Shown piece after piece: positions 29,403 through 40,230 of a DNA stretch of 64,000 nt. Source of the DNA: Candidatus Bathyarchaeota archaeon (GTDB lineage: Archaea > Thermoproteota > Bathyarchaeia > Bathyarchaeales > Bathycorpusculaceae); NCBI GenBank assembly GCA_963832745.1, contig CAWHVC010000001.1:320001-384000 (forward strand). Reading direction: 5' to 3'. A program made the position numbers and the translations under genes. Within the stretch, counting starts at the first letter, position 1. The number at the start of each line of letters is the position of its first letter. The notes below the pieces were generated by a model that saw only the letters and a list, made by a program, of their open reading frames with translations, was not told the DNA's origin and searched no databases.

Positions 29403-30415
29403 CTCGCATACCCAACTGTTTCAGTCTCTTCTTTAAGATTCACAGGAGTAACCGCTTCCTGAGCATTATCAACTAAACCTACAACCGCTAAAGCACCGAT
29501 TAATCCGCGTTCACCAGTGATGGGTATTGCTTTTACGCCTGCCTGATCTGCAGCTCTGAAAGCTTCGTCAACAGTTACTTGTTCTCGCTTTACCTTTCGA
29601 GCGTACGTTTTTAGGACGTCTGGGGAACGGATTTTTTCCATTACAACCATGCCAGTCTGTTTTGAAACGGTTGCTTTACGGATTAATTTTTCAAAAGAGG
29701 AAACCAAATCTTTTTCCCTCCCTGGTTTAACAGCAAATACAAGTCCAGAAGCAGCATTGTTTGTTGTTTTTGCTGGGTTCGCTGGCCAGTTAAGTGAAAG
29801 TGTTAACCGCAAAAACTTGAAATCCCTTGATGAACGATCTAAAATTGAGGCTAACTGTAGAGCCGTGGCGAACGTGGCGCCTTTTTCAGATGAGTCCGTG
29901 TCGTCAACGCCGATTACTACTTTTTTATAAAGAGGATACTCCGTTTCAAAAGCTCTGCCTTTTGGATTTGCAGGTCTTTCAGTGCAACGTATTGCACCGC
30001 TTGACCAAAGACGTATTAATTCAGGACCTCCGCCGATTCCTTTGTAGGAAACCACTACACTTTTTTCTTTAGGCTTAACCTCTGTTATAGCTAAAGGCAC
30101 GTAACTGGGTATTAGGTGAGTGTTTTCTGCTTTGCCAACTTTTAGTTGATTAATGAATAGGTCGCCAAAAATTTGGTTGGGCATTGGGTAAGCTAAATCG
30201 GTGATGCCTGCGACGCCTTGTCCACTTAAAAAATAGTTAGTTCCACCTGACACAAGCGAGGAGAACCATGTTGGGCATTTACTTACCGTTTCAACAGCAG
30301 TGCCTTCAGCATCCATTAATGCCAGGGAGCGCCATTGCTTTTTTAGGTATCTTTGTTTGAAAAATTCTTGGTGGCTTAAAAACTCGTTACCTTTTATTTT
30401 AAGGCTGGTCAACAT
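29399..30415 (-). CDS. Methanogenesis marker protein 11 / TiaS N-terminal-domain-like (DUF1743) protein
   Basis: VVVSYKGIGGG, VVIGVDDTDSSEKGATF, PAKTTNN, TGERGLIGALA; no OB or Zn-ribbon domain; ATG 30415. Confidence 0.75.
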   Translation of the reverse strand: MLTSLKIKGNEFLSHQEFFKQRYLKKQWRSLALMDAEGTAVETVSKCPTWFSSLVSGGTNYFLSGQGVAGITDLAYPMPNQIFGDLFINQLKVGKAENTHLIPSYVPLAITEVKPKEKSVVVSYKGIGGGPELIRLWSSGAIRCTERPANPKGRAFETEYPLYKKVVIGVDDTDSSEKGATFATALQLASILDRSSRDFKFLRLTLSLNWPANPAKTTNNAASGLVFAVKPGREKDLVSSFEKLIRKATVSKQTGMVVMEKIRSPDVLKTYARKVKREQVTVDEAFRAADQAGVKAIPITGERGLIGALAVVGLVDNAQEAVTPVNLKEETETVGYAR

Positions 30416-30601
30416 AAAAATTCGATTCCTTCCTTTTTGAAATAAAAACTCCGCCCAAAAATTGCATGGCAAACGTTTTCACGCTTGCACCTAAAAACTA
30501 TAAAGAAAGACCCAGTAATTAAGTTTTATATAGAACAGCAATCCACTCGTATGTGCCTAAGAAGCACTTGTTTTTGGCGCACACCTTTTGAGGGAAAAGT
30601 A

Positions 30602-33352
30602 TTGTCTTTTACATCTATAGCTTTAAGAAACATTCCCAGACGTAAACTAAGAAATGCCCTAACGGTTTTAGCAATTATTTTAGGCGTTACACTTATTGTG
30701 GGTGTTAACATCGCTTTTGACAGCGTTTATGACCAATTCGGCTACACTGTTAATCAGGCGGTTGGAAACGTGGACGTTAGCGTCCGAAGTGCGATAAACA
30801 TGCCGTTTAACCAATCTGTACTCAAGACTGTAAACGAGACAGAAAACATTGCGGATTCTTATGGACGTTTAACTGGAGAAGCAAACGCCTCACAACCAAA
30901 CGGATGGGTAAGCACCACTTTAATCGGCATAAATTCAACTGCTGATTTTGACTATCTTGACACGGCAGCCACCAACATTACAGGTCAAAGAGAATTAGGC
31001 TTTAACAGTTCAGAAGCTATAGTTGATAACCGCTTAAATTACACGTTAGGACAAAAATTTAGTGTAGCGGTTCAAATTGGAAGCTACCCTGATTTTGAAG
31101 CTAAAAATTATTCTTTGACTGTTTCAGGGTTTTTCCAGTCAAACGCTTTTGAAAACCAGTACGGCGCCATTTTTGGAGACGGTTACACAGGCTACCGCAT
31201 CTACGTTGACCTAGCCAAGGCCCAAAACATGATGAATTACACGGACCAAATTAACAGTGTAAGCTTAAAACTTTCAGACACAGGACAAACCAGCGGTACC
31301 GTAAGCACGTTAAGCAACAGTTTAGGCAACGATTACATAGTTAACCCAGTCAAAGAAAGCCTGCTAAACATTGTTAATCGAGCCACATTTGGGCTTAAAA
31401 GTGGCTTGCAAATCATGTCGGTAATGGCGCTCTGCGTAGCCATAGTAATTGTCTTAAACACTATGTACATGAACATAGGTGAACGTACACATGAAATCGG
31501 AATTTTGCGGTCACAAGGCGCTTCCACGCGGCAGGTTTTCTGGATTTTCTTCTCTGAAAGCCTAATCTTGGGTATAGTAGGCGTTGCAATCGGTTTAGTA
31601 AGCGGATTGTTTGTTACAGACATTTTTAGGTACTTTACATCACGAATCTTTCAACCATTTTCGCCAGGTGTAGCGTTTAATTTCTCTTTTCCCGCAAGCA
31701 CTACTCAACATTTAATCCTCGGCGTTGTGGCGGGTTTAGCAACAGTTACTATCGGGGGAATGATTCCGTCTCTATCCGCTTGCAAAACCGATCTTATCAA
31801 CGCTCTACGGCCGTCAATGCGTAAACCAGGCAAACAGCGGACAGCGCTTAAGCTGATTCTTGGAGGGTTGCCTTTAACGATTTTTGGCGCCTTCATTTTT
31901 GTCTGGTATGACATGTTCGCCCAGTACGGTGTGGGATTGTATATTGTTTCAGCGTTAGCACCTATTGCGATGATGGGTGTTACAATGCTAACGGCTGGTT
32001 TGCTTCGAAGCGGCGGTCCAGCGATTGAAAGGGGCTTGTACGCGTTTGGCAAAACACGCAAAATAATCAGCAGAAATGTCGAGCGTAACTTGATGAGGAG
32101 TACGATATGTTTTGCGTTAATTGGCATTTCGTTGAGTTTAGTAGTTGTTATGGGTGGAGCTCAAATAGGCACGGTTGCGGGCGTTGAAAACGTTATTCGC
32201 TCATTTTCCAGTAGTGACTTGACGGTTATGACCGATAATGTTGTTAGCAAAGGTTTTGCACAAAACATTACAGCAATTGAAGGGGTTAATTCGACTACGC
32301 CTGTGCTTGTAGTTCCGGACAGGACACTTCTTCAAAGTGACGCAGCTAATTCTCCGCTTAACTCTTCAACTACTGTTTTAGCTATTGACACTGTTTCTTA
32401 TTCTTCTGTTATGTCAATGACTTTCAGTGATGACACGCCAGAAGATGTTTTCAGTCGGCTTAACGAAAAAAACACTATTATTTTGACTTCTCCACTTGCT
32501 CAATCGTTGAATGCCACTGTAGGTGACACAGTGAAAGTACGCTACATTGCTTATGAGGATAAGGTTGTTAAAGTGGAGGTTCCAGCTGGAACAGTTTTGC
32601 CTGCAGGAGTGCCGACGCCAGCACCAACTGAGTATCATGTCACTGTGCCCCTTTTGGAATGGAAAAACTGCACAGTTGTCGGGGTAGCACAGGGGGCATG
32701 GCTGGATATTATGTCGTTTGGCAATTTTATGCTGTCTGAAGCCTCATACATTTCATACAATAACCTGAACTCGACTTTTCCAAACAGCAATAAAAACTAC
32801 AATGACACCGCTAACCTGTTCTTCGTAAAAGTAAATCCAGACACAAACATTGACCAAGCCAAAAACAACCTCGTTAGCAACTATGGCGACCAATACAAAC
32901 TCAGCATTACCACTTATAATGACGCAGTACAAAGAGTACGAAGCTCAATAGACGAAATCTTCTACATCCTTTACTCAATCGTAATTTTTGCAGTAGCAAA
33001 CGCTGGCATAGGTGTAGCAGCCATAATGATAATGAACGTGTCTGAACGCAAAAGGGAAATCGGCATTCTACGTTCCCAAGGCATGAGCAAATCTCAGGTT
33101 GTCACAAGCATCATAGGCGAAGCCACTTTCTTAGGTGTTGTTGGCTTTGCTATGGGCATAATTGTTGGTTTAATGTTTCACCGGGTAACCGTTAGTTACA
33201 TGCGGCTTGAAGGCTTCCCAATGGCGTTCATCATGCCGTATGATGCGATGGCAGTTATTCTTGTTTTAGCAATTGCAACCGCAGTAATAAGCGCCGTTTA
33301 CCCAGCTGATAAAGCTTCAAAGCTTGATATTGTCGATGCCATAAGACACTAA
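30602..33352 (+). CDS. ABC transporter permease with duplicated MacB/FtsX domains
   Basis: RNIPRRKLRNALT; two ERxxEIGILRSQG motifs; TTG 30602 is the likely start. Confidence 0.9.
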   Translation: MSFTSIALRNIPRRKLRNALTVLAIILGVTLIVGVNIAFDSVYDQFGYTVNQAVGNVDVSVRSAINMPFNQSVLKTVNETENIADSYGRLTGEANASQPNGWVSTTLIGINSTADFDYLDTAATNITGQRELGFNSSEAIVDNRLNYTLGQKFSVAVQIGSYPDFEAKNYSLTVSGFFQSNAFENQYGAIFGDGYTGYRIYVDLAKAQNMMNYTDQINSVSLKLSDTGQTSGTVSTLSNSLGNDYIVNPVKESLLNIVNRATFGLKSGLQIMSVMALCVAIVIVLNTMYMNIGERTHEIGILRSQGASTRQVFWIFFSESLILGIVGVAIGLVSGLFVTDIFRYFTSRIFQPFSPGVAFNFSFPASTTQHLILGVVAGLATVTIGGMIPSLSACKTDLINALRPSMRKPGKQRTALKLILGGLPLTIFGAFIFVWYDMFAQYGVGLYIVSALAPIAMMGVTMLTAGLLRSGGPAIERGLYAFGKTRKIISRNVERNLMRSTICFALIGISLSLVVVMGGAQIGTVAGVENVIRSFSSSDLTVMTDNVVSKGFAQNITAIEGVNSTTPVLVVPDRTLLQSDAANSPLNSSTTVLAIDTVSYSSVMSMTFSDDTPEDVFSRLNEKNTIILTSPLAQSLNATVGDTVKVRYIAYEDKVVKVEVPAGTVLPAGVPTPAPTEYHVTVPLLEWKNCTVVGVAQGAWLDIMSFGNFMLSEASYISYNNLNSTFPNSNKNYNDTANLFFVKVNPDTNIDQAKNNLVSNYGDQYKLSITTYNDAVQRVRSSIDEIFYILYSIVIFAVANAGIGVAAIMIMNVSERKREIGILRSQGMSKSQVVTSIIGEATFLGVVGFAMGIIVGLMFHRVTVSYMRLEGFPMAFIMPYDAMAVILVLAIATAVISAVYPADKASKLDIVDAIRH

Positions 33353-33744
33353 ACCCTGTTTTTGCGTCGAGCTATGTCATATATGGCAGCTATTGCTACA
33401 GCATCAAGAACAATGCCCCCAGCAAGAAACAACGGCGAAGGCACTACAATTACCGCTGGAACAAAATTCAAGAAAAATAAGGAATGCAAAACAATTCCGC
33501 CAAAATACAAGAAAGCCAATAAAACTGCAGAAAAAAGATTTTTCGTGTAAAGAAAAATTAGGCTTAAAATTGCCAAAGCAAAGGTGCCGGGAATCACAAA
33601 ATCGGCGATATGTAGAGTGGAGAAAGCTGCTGAGGTTTCAGCGCCTATGGTGTTTGGCGGTAAAAGGAATGGGATAGCAAAATGGAAAACTCCGAAAACA
33701 AGAAGGAATACTGTTTCAACAAAATGTATCTTGGACTGGAGCAT
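33349..33744 (-). CDS. 4-TM membrane protein
   Basis: 131-aa hydrophobic ORF inserted antisense between the permease and the ATPase. Confidence 0.65.
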   Translation of the reverse strand: MLQSKIHFVETVFLLVFGVFHFAIPFLLPPNTIGAETSAAFSTLHIADFVIPGTFALAILSLIFLYTKNLFSAVLLAFLYFGGIVLHSLFFLNFVPAVIVVPSPLFLAGGIVLDAVAIAAIYDIARRKNRV

Positions 33745-33837
33745 GTCAGGTCGTCCTCAATCTTTTTTAATGCAATCTTACTAAATTAACTTGTAGAGTA
33801 ACGCTTGTTTTTTTAAGGCTTTTTAGGAGAGACCTGT

Positions 33838-34530
33838 TTGTCTGTCAAAGTTGTTGATGTAGAAAAAACTTACCGTTTAGGCGAAAACAATGTTCACGCA
33901 TTAAAAGGCGTGAGTTTAGAGGTAAATAAGGGCGATTTTGTCGCGTTCATAGGACCCTCTGGTTCAGGAAAAACGACGCTGCTAAATCTAATTGGTGTAT
34001 TGGATAAGCCAAGTAAAGGCAAAATCTACGTAAACGAAACAGACTTAACGTTGCTTAAAGAAAAAGACTTAACCAAACTTCGGCGGGGCACAATCGGCTT
34101 CATCTTTCAATTCTATAATCTTATTCCAGTTCTTTCAGCATTTGAAAATGTAGAGTTACCCATGTTGATAGCGGGCGTTCCAAGCAAAGAACGCGAAACC
34201 CGCGCTAAAGAGCTCTTGAAAATGGTGGGGTTAGCTGACAGGATTCATCATCGTCCTGACGAGTTAAGCGGTGGAGAACAGCAAAGGGTGGCAATTGTTC
34301 GTGCATTGGCTAATAGACCATCAATTGTGCTTGCCGATGAACCCACGGGGGATTTGGATTCTAAAACGGGTAAAGAGGTTGTTCAGGCACTGCATGACCT
34401 GTCTAACCGTGAAGGCGCAACAGTTATAATTGTTACACATGACCCTACAGTTGCCAGCATGACCAGCCGCGTGTTCGAAATGCGCGACGGCACGATAATC
34501 AAGGAGCACATAAACACTTTGACACATTAA
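33838..34530 (+). CDS. ABC transporter ATP-binding protein, LolD/MacB type
   Basis: GPSGSGKT, LSGGEQQRVAI, LADEPTGDLD; SD GGAG. Confidence 0.95.
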   Translation: MSVKVVDVEKTYRLGENNVHALKGVSLEVNKGDFVAFIGPSGSGKTTLLNLIGVLDKPSKGKIYVNETDLTLLKEKDLTKLRRGTIGFIFQFYNLIPVLSAFENVELPMLIAGVPSKERETRAKELLKMVGLADRIHHRPDELSGGEQQRVAIVRALANRPSIVLADEPTGDLDSKTGKEVVQALHDLSNREGATVIIVTHDPTVASMTSRVFEMRDGTIIKEHINTLTH

Positions 34531-34598
34531 CATTAGTGGTTTTAAAATCCATCTAGATTTAAATTAACACTAATTATATAGGATTTAGATGCGTTTTT

Positions 34599-35279
34599 TT
34601 GAACAACGAACAATTTATTCTCTTTACAGGGTCAGTCATTGCTTTGCTGTTAGGGTTATTATCCGCGTTTGTTCCAGCATTAGCGTACATAACAGTATCA
34701 GCTGAATGGTCAAACTTTTTGCTTTCAAACGCACCACATTTTGTAACTATTCAACCGCTGATTTTTAGCTTCCATGATTTTACTATCAAACTGCTGGTTT
34801 CAGCGTTTGGCGGCCTTCTGGGTTTATGTTCAGTCTGTTGTGAACATAGGAATACGGTCCCCTTTCTTAGCTTCGCAGGTTTATCGCTTGGCACAATTGG
34901 GTTTTTGCTGCCTTATGGTTCAAGCCAATTTGCGGCAAGTGATTATTCAAGTGACGTCCCATGGGTTGGCTCTCTGATTACTCTTGTGGGTGTTTTGTTG
35001 ATGTTTTTAGGGTTTTCTTTAAGAAATACTCAGGTTCCAAAATGGGCACTTTTTGTTATACCTATCCTGTTAATTATTTACTTGACATCGCCTGTATTGA
35101 TTTTTACGGGTAACCTGCAGCTGTTTATTTTCTTGCAAGTTAACATTTCAATCAGCACAATAATCGGCATTTTGATTTTGATGGGGCACTTGATTATTGT
35201 ATGGGCTGGAATAACGGGTCTTCGCATTCCTGAAAATGAACAAGCTAATCCTTCGGCGAAAATTAACACTAAAAAATAA
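34599..35279 (+). CDS. Polytopic membrane protein
   Basis: About 6 hydrophobic segments. Confidence 0.65.
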   Translation: MNNEQFILFTGSVIALLLGLLSAFVPALAYITVSAEWSNFLLSNAPHFVTIQPLIFSFHDFTIKLLVSAFGGLLGLCSVCCEHRNTVPFLSFAGLSLGTIGFLLPYGSSQFAASDYSSDVPWVGSLITLVGVLLMFLGFSLRNTQVPKWALFVIPILLIIYLTSPVLIFTGNLQLFIFLQVNISISTIIGILILMGHLIIVWAGITGLRIPENEQANPSAKINTKK

Positions 35280-35408
35280 ATAAACTCAAAGATTTTTCTT
35301 TACTTCTTTAGTATTGATTGTTCATATTGTTTCCAAAAGCATAAGTGGTTAATACTCATTTTTTATCTAATCCACAAGTATCCCTGCTCATTTGACGTTT
35401 GGAGAATA

Positions 35409-37232
35409 ATGATGAAAATCCGCGCTAAAACATTGATTGCTCTTTTAGCTACGACCCTGTGCCTGTTTATCATTATTCATTACATATCTGCCTCTGTAAT
35501 ACTAGACAATTTTTCCAAAATAGAAGAAGATGAAGTAATCCAAACAATAGTTCGACTGCACATCGCCACCACAAGCCGCTATACTGATTTAGACAACAAA
35601 TTAGTAAGCTGGTCACAAAAAAACAGCACCTACGAATTCGTTAAAAGCCAAAACATCACCCAACCAGAACAATTTATCACCCCATCAACAATGCAAACGT
35701 TAGACATCAATTACGCCATAATTTTAAACGAAAAAGGGTCTTACATTACTGGCGTTGGACTTAACTTAACCAGCATGCAACTCACCTCTATTCCAAAACC
35801 TATACTTGCAAAAGTATCATCAGATGAGCAAATATGGAATTTGAAAAAGTTTGAAAGTTTTGCAAATGGTTTCATCCAAGTTGAAGGTCAACCCATTTTT
35901 TTAGCTTCAAGACCAATACTCACAACTGAGGGAAATGGCGCAGCTAGAGGGGTAATAATTTTCGCTCGTTACTTTGACAAAGTAGAAATAACTAAACTTT
36001 CATATGAACTTCGTTCTTCGTTAACTATACAATCTATTGATGATTGGAAAAATTCTGGTTTTACACAGGAAAATGTTTCAGGTGCTTCATACGTTAAACC
36101 GTTAAATGAGCAATCAATAGCAGGGTATGACATTATTAATGACATAAATGGTAAACCAGTTTTTGTTTTAGGTGCTACCTTGCCTAGAACAGTTTACAGT
36201 CAAGGATTAAAAACGATAGGTTTCATTGACCAAACATTGATACTTTCAGGCATAATTTTCACATGCACGATAATTCTGGTTTTAGAATTTTCAGTTCTTA
36301 ACCGTTTAAGCAAATTGACCAATGCCGTAAAAAAACTTGGAACCACCGGTAAACAGTCACCAATACTTACAATGTCTGGAAACGACGAAATAACCTGGTT
36401 AACACACTCAATCAACGGGTTACTTAAAGAGATACAAAGTCAAAGTTTGAAACTTCAAAAAAATGAACGCTTATCCGCTATCGATGAACTCGCAAGACAA
36501 GTTGGGCATGATTTGCGAAATCCGTTAACAAGCATTAACAACGCAGTTTATTACCTTAAACACAAAGGCAACATATGTACTGCAAAAAACCGTCAAACAA
36601 TGCTAAACATTATTGAAAATGACATCCAACGCGCCGACAAAACAATAACAAGCCTTGTTGATTACTCAAGCGAAATACTGGTAGACCCACAGAAGTGTAG
36701 CATAAAGGGGCTTCTTTTGGATGCTTTAGCAAGAAGTGCTGTACCAAACCGGATTAAAGTAATAAACAACACTTCAGAACAGCATATTTTGAGTGTTGAT
36801 AAAGAAAAAATTGAAAGAGTGTTTATGGCAGTAATAAAGAACGCTGTTGAAGCAATACCAAAAGAGGGAACCTTAAAAGTGGATAGCCGAAAGGTTGGCG
36901 ACAGCATCCAAACTTTTTTCATGGACACAGGTTTGGGAATCCCTGAAAAGCTTGTTTCAAAAATTTTTGCTCCTTTGATGACAACTAAAGCTCAGGGTAT
37001 CGGCTTTAGCTTAGCTATTAGTAAACGTATTGTTGAAGCTCACGGCGGCACAATAAGTTTTGAAAGTAAAGTTGGAAAAGGGACAACGTTCAAGGTTACC
37101 TTGCCAATACAACCGAAGATTGAATTAGAAAATCAAAAGGCTACTTTGCCAAAACAGGACCCACTGCTGCATTACGAGCTTATTGAAGAAACATCTGCTG
37201 ATATAAAAAGTGGACAAACAGATAATGTTTAA
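35409..37232 (+). CDS. Sensor histidine kinase (CHASE4-HAMP-HisKA-HATPase)
   Basis: Two TMs flanking an extracellular domain; GNDEITWL HAMP; VGHDLRNPL H-box; KNAVEA, DTGLGIP, HGGTI...GKGTTF. Confidence 0.92.
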   Translation: MMKIRAKTLIALLATTLCLFIIIHYISASVILDNFSKIEEDEVIQTIVRLHIATTSRYTDLDNKLVSWSQKNSTYEFVKSQNITQPEQFITPSTMQTLDINYAIILNEKGSYITGVGLNLTSMQLTSIPKPILAKVSSDEQIWNLKKFESFANGFIQVEGQPIFLASRPILTTEGNGAARGVIIFARYFDKVEITKLSYELRSSLTIQSIDDWKNSGFTQENVSGASYVKPLNEQSIAGYDIINDINGKPVFVLGATLPRTVYSQGLKTIGFIDQTLILSGIIFTCTIILVLEFSVLNRLSKLTNAVKKLGTTGKQSPILTMSGNDEITWLTHSINGLLKEIQSQSLKLQKNERLSAIDELARQVGHDLRNPLTSINNAVYYLKHKGNICTAKNRQTMLNIIENDIQRADKTITSLVDYSSEILVDPQKCSIKGLLLDALARSAVPNRIKVINNTSEQHILSVDKEKIERVFMAVIKNAVEAIPKEGTLKVDSRKVGDSIQTFFMDTGLGIPEKLVSKIFAPLMTTKAQGIGFSLAISKRIVEAHGGTISFESKVGKGTTFKVTLPIQPKIELENQKATLPKQDPLLHYELIEETSADIKSGQTDNV

Positions 37233-37319
37233 GCACGTTTTGGTAAATGATTGTACCTTAACCCATTTAACTAAACCGTACATTAAACAAGTAAACAAAA
37301 GTTTCATGGAAGGTTAAAA

Positions 37320-38782
37320 ATGAAAAAAGTACAGCAATGGCTCTATCGATAATGCTGATTGCTACAGTTTTGCTTTCAGCTTTTATTATTTTACAAAGTT
37401 ACAGTCTAACTGAAAAACCGTTTTATGTTGGAGTAACATACTGTGGCAGCTCTGTAGAAGAAGCCAAACAGTTAATCGATAAAGTGAAGGCCTACACCAA
37501 CCTCTTCGTGCTACAATCGGGACCTTTGCAAGAGAATCAGTCGGCGACAGTTGAGATTTCTGATTACGCGGTTAACAACGGCTTAGACATCATAGCTTAT
37601 TATGGTTCTTTAGATTGGAAACATGATGTAGTAAGTAGCTTTCTTAATGCAACTGATAACCGTTGGGGTAACCACTTTTTAGGCGTATATTACGGTGATG
37701 AGCCAGGCGGAAACCTACTTGATGATTGCCACTTGACTTTAAGAGACGAAAGTGGCATAGCATCGGGTATTGATCAAGATGGAAATAGGTTTAGAACAGG
37801 AAATTGGAATAAAATTACCTTTAAAACTTCGGGCACAATAACTTTAGAGGATACTGCAGTCTATGTTACCGGCGTTAATGACACAATACAACCACACCCA
37901 CACAAAATAATGACAAATTATTACCCCAACCAAACTATCATTGTTACCCAATATCCTCCAGCAGATACAATCATATACCAACAAGACGGCACGGTAACCT
38001 TGCAAAAGCTTGATGGCTCAACATCAAGAGTTACAGACCGAGGCAACATTTCCCAGTTTGAACCCTATCAGCAACTCTGGAATTCAAGACCATTGCAAAC
38101 ATACGATGAAACAGCAAGCATGTTTGAAAAAGTCAATAAAGAATCAGTTAATTGGCTACATAACCAGTCTTCGTCGGCGAAGGCGTTCACGTCTGATTAT
38201 GGTTTGTACTGGTTTGACTATTTAGGCGGTTACGACGTGGTTTTAGCGGAGTTCGGCTGGAACCATACTGAAGCCCAACATATGGGGTTGGTTCGCGGTG
38301 CCGCAAGCTTGCAGGGTAAAAGTTGGGGTGCCATGCTAACTTGGAAGTTTGACCAGCCACCTTACATGGCTTCAGGCGAGGAACTTTACGACCAAATGAC
38401 ACTTGCTCACAACGGCGGTGCAGAATACGTAGTCGTTTTCAATTATTCACCAAATGATGAGGGTGCAGGTGTTTTGCAGGATGAGCATTTTGCGGCGTTG
38501 GAACGCTTCTGGAACGAAAACGTTCTACCAAATAATGAAAAGGCAAAAACAGTGAAGGCTGAAGCGGTGCTGGTTTTACCATCAGATTATGGTTGGGGCA
38601 TGCGTAACCCTAAAGACACGATTTGGGGGCTGTGGCAGGCTGATGACAAATCCGCGCAAGTGTGGAGTTCACTGCAGAATGCGCTTGAAGTTCACGGCGA
38701 AAAACTGGACATTGTTTATGATGACACGGCGTTTCCAGTTTCGGGTTACCAGCAAGTTTTGTGGTGGAACAAGACTGGTTAA
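37320..38782 (+). CDS. Secreted hypothetical protein; a 1-nt frameshift in the A6 run after ATG 37320 is likely
   Basis: FYVGVTYCG, YYGDEPGG, TSDYGLYWFDY, YGWGMRNP; restoring one A gives signal peptide MKKSTAMALSIML; otherwise the start is 37337. Confidence 0.75.
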
Positions 38783-38908
38783 CCAAACCATTCATTGTCC
38801 TGCTTTACGATGTTACGATGAATATTTTTTTAAAGGTTTATTTACTATTTGTTGGCAGATACATTAACAGTAACCAATACACATGCAACAAGTCATGTTG
38901 GTGAAAAG

Positions 38909-39340
38909 ATGGGAATTAGACTTACAAAATCCGATAAAACATTCATACAACAATTACCAGTTTGCCATCTAGCAACAGCAACCGAAGACTGCGAACCAGT
39001 AGTTCGGCCTGTATGGTCAGTTTTCGACGGCGTTTTCATTTACTTTGCATCTGACCCCGACACTCCAAAACTAGAGCAGATAGAGTCAAACCCGCAGGTG
39101 TCTATAGTTTTTGATGATTATGACAGGAATAACTGGTCAACCGTAAGAGGCGTACGTATTCAAGGCGAAGCAGAACTTCTCTGGAGCGGCAAAGAATACC
39201 AGTATGCGCATTCACTGCTTAAAGAAAAGTTTCCAGAATACCGAACAGAAGACGGCGGCTGGAAAGAAGGCGACCTGCCGATTGTAAAAATTACGCCAAC
39301 ATCCTTTGCCAGATGGGCAGAGGGTAAATGGACAAAATAA
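38909..39340 (+). CDS. Pyridoxamine 5'-phosphate oxidase-like split-barrel (flavin/F420-binding) protein
   Basis: HLATA...PVVRPVW...KLEQIESNPQVSIVFD...GVRIQGEA; SD GGTGA before ATG 38909. Confidence 0.85.
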   Translation: MGIRLTKSDKTFIQQLPVCHLATATEDCEPVVRPVWSVFDGVFIYFASDPDTPKLEQIESNPQVSIVFDDYDRNNWSTVRGVRIQGEAELLWSGKEYQYAHSLLKEKFPEYRTEDGGWKEGDLPIVKITPTSFARWAEGKWTK

Positions 39341-39385
39341 ATTTTACCCTAAATTTTTTAAGTTTTCAACCGCTTAATCCTATTT

Positions 39386-40168
39386 ATGCAAAATATTAAC
39401 GTCTTGTTTTTTCTTTCACCAATAATTGTTATCATAATTTCTTCTGCGTTAGTAATTTATTGGTACCGCAAACGTCATTTCCGTTGGACAGCCCTAATTT
39501 TTTCGTTGGCAGCTTACGCAGGCGCCATTGCACTCAAATATGCGGTACAAATCCCAACAATAAACTTGGTTAAGGATTCAGGCCCCGTAGTGCTCGGCGC
39601 ATATTATGGCATTCAAACAATGGTTTTCGAGGTCGGCTTGGCTTTTCTGGTTGCATTAATTGCCCTTCGTTACCGTGAACTTAGCGGAAAAGATGCAGAG
39701 GGTTACGCTTCAGGATTAGCTTTTTGGGAAAACGCTGGCCTGCTTGGAATTCTTATTTTAATCAACTATGTTACATATTATAGTGTTCTTTCTTCAAACA
39801 CACCTCTTGCACAACAACTATATGACCAATTAACGTCAAATGCACCAGGACTCTTCGCATCCAATCAAGAAGCGCTCGGCTTAGTTGGCATCGCTGTTTT
39901 TGAACGGGTTTCTTCGATTATAATTCATTTTGCCTGGGGTTACCTTTGCTTTATGGCTGCCTACCATCATAAGTCGAGGCTGTTTTTGATAGCGTTGCCG
40001 ATGGGACTGGTTGATTTCTTTGTACCTTTTGCTGCAAGCGCGCCAATAATGTTTGAGGTGCTGTTTTTTGCTTTAGCTGTAGTGTCCTTGGCGGTTGCAT
40101 GGTATGTGACAAAAGATTTGCATAAAAAACCAGAAGCCGAAAACGGAAAAGCTGGTTTGTCAAGCTAA
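39386..40168 (+). CDS. YhfC/PrsW-like glutamic intramembrane protease
   Basis: Polytopic; VFEVG, GLAFWEN, FERVSSIIIH, GLVDF. Confidence 0.7.
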   Translation: MQNINVLFFLSPIIVIIISSALVIYWYRKRHFRWTALIFSLAAYAGAIALKYAVQIPTINLVKDSGPVVLGAYYGIQTMVFEVGLAFLVALIALRYRELSGKDAEGYASGLAFWENAGLLGILILINYVTYYSVLSSNTPLAQQLYDQLTSNAPGLFASNQEALGLVGIAVFERVSSIIIHFAWGYLCFMAAYHHKSRLFLIALPMGLVDFFVPFAASAPIMFEVLFFALAVVSLAVAWYVTKDLHKKPEAENGKAGLSS

Positions 40169-40230
40169 AAGTTTGCTTATTTTTCTCCTGCAATAATGGC
40201 GATTCTGCCCATCGTAAACGGCAGTTTTAG

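Noticed and set aside
29399-30415. Canonical tRNA(Ile2) agmatidine synthetase TiaS
   Set aside because: DDTD lies mid-protein after an Mmp11-like N-domain, and the OB-fold and Zn-ribbon are absent.
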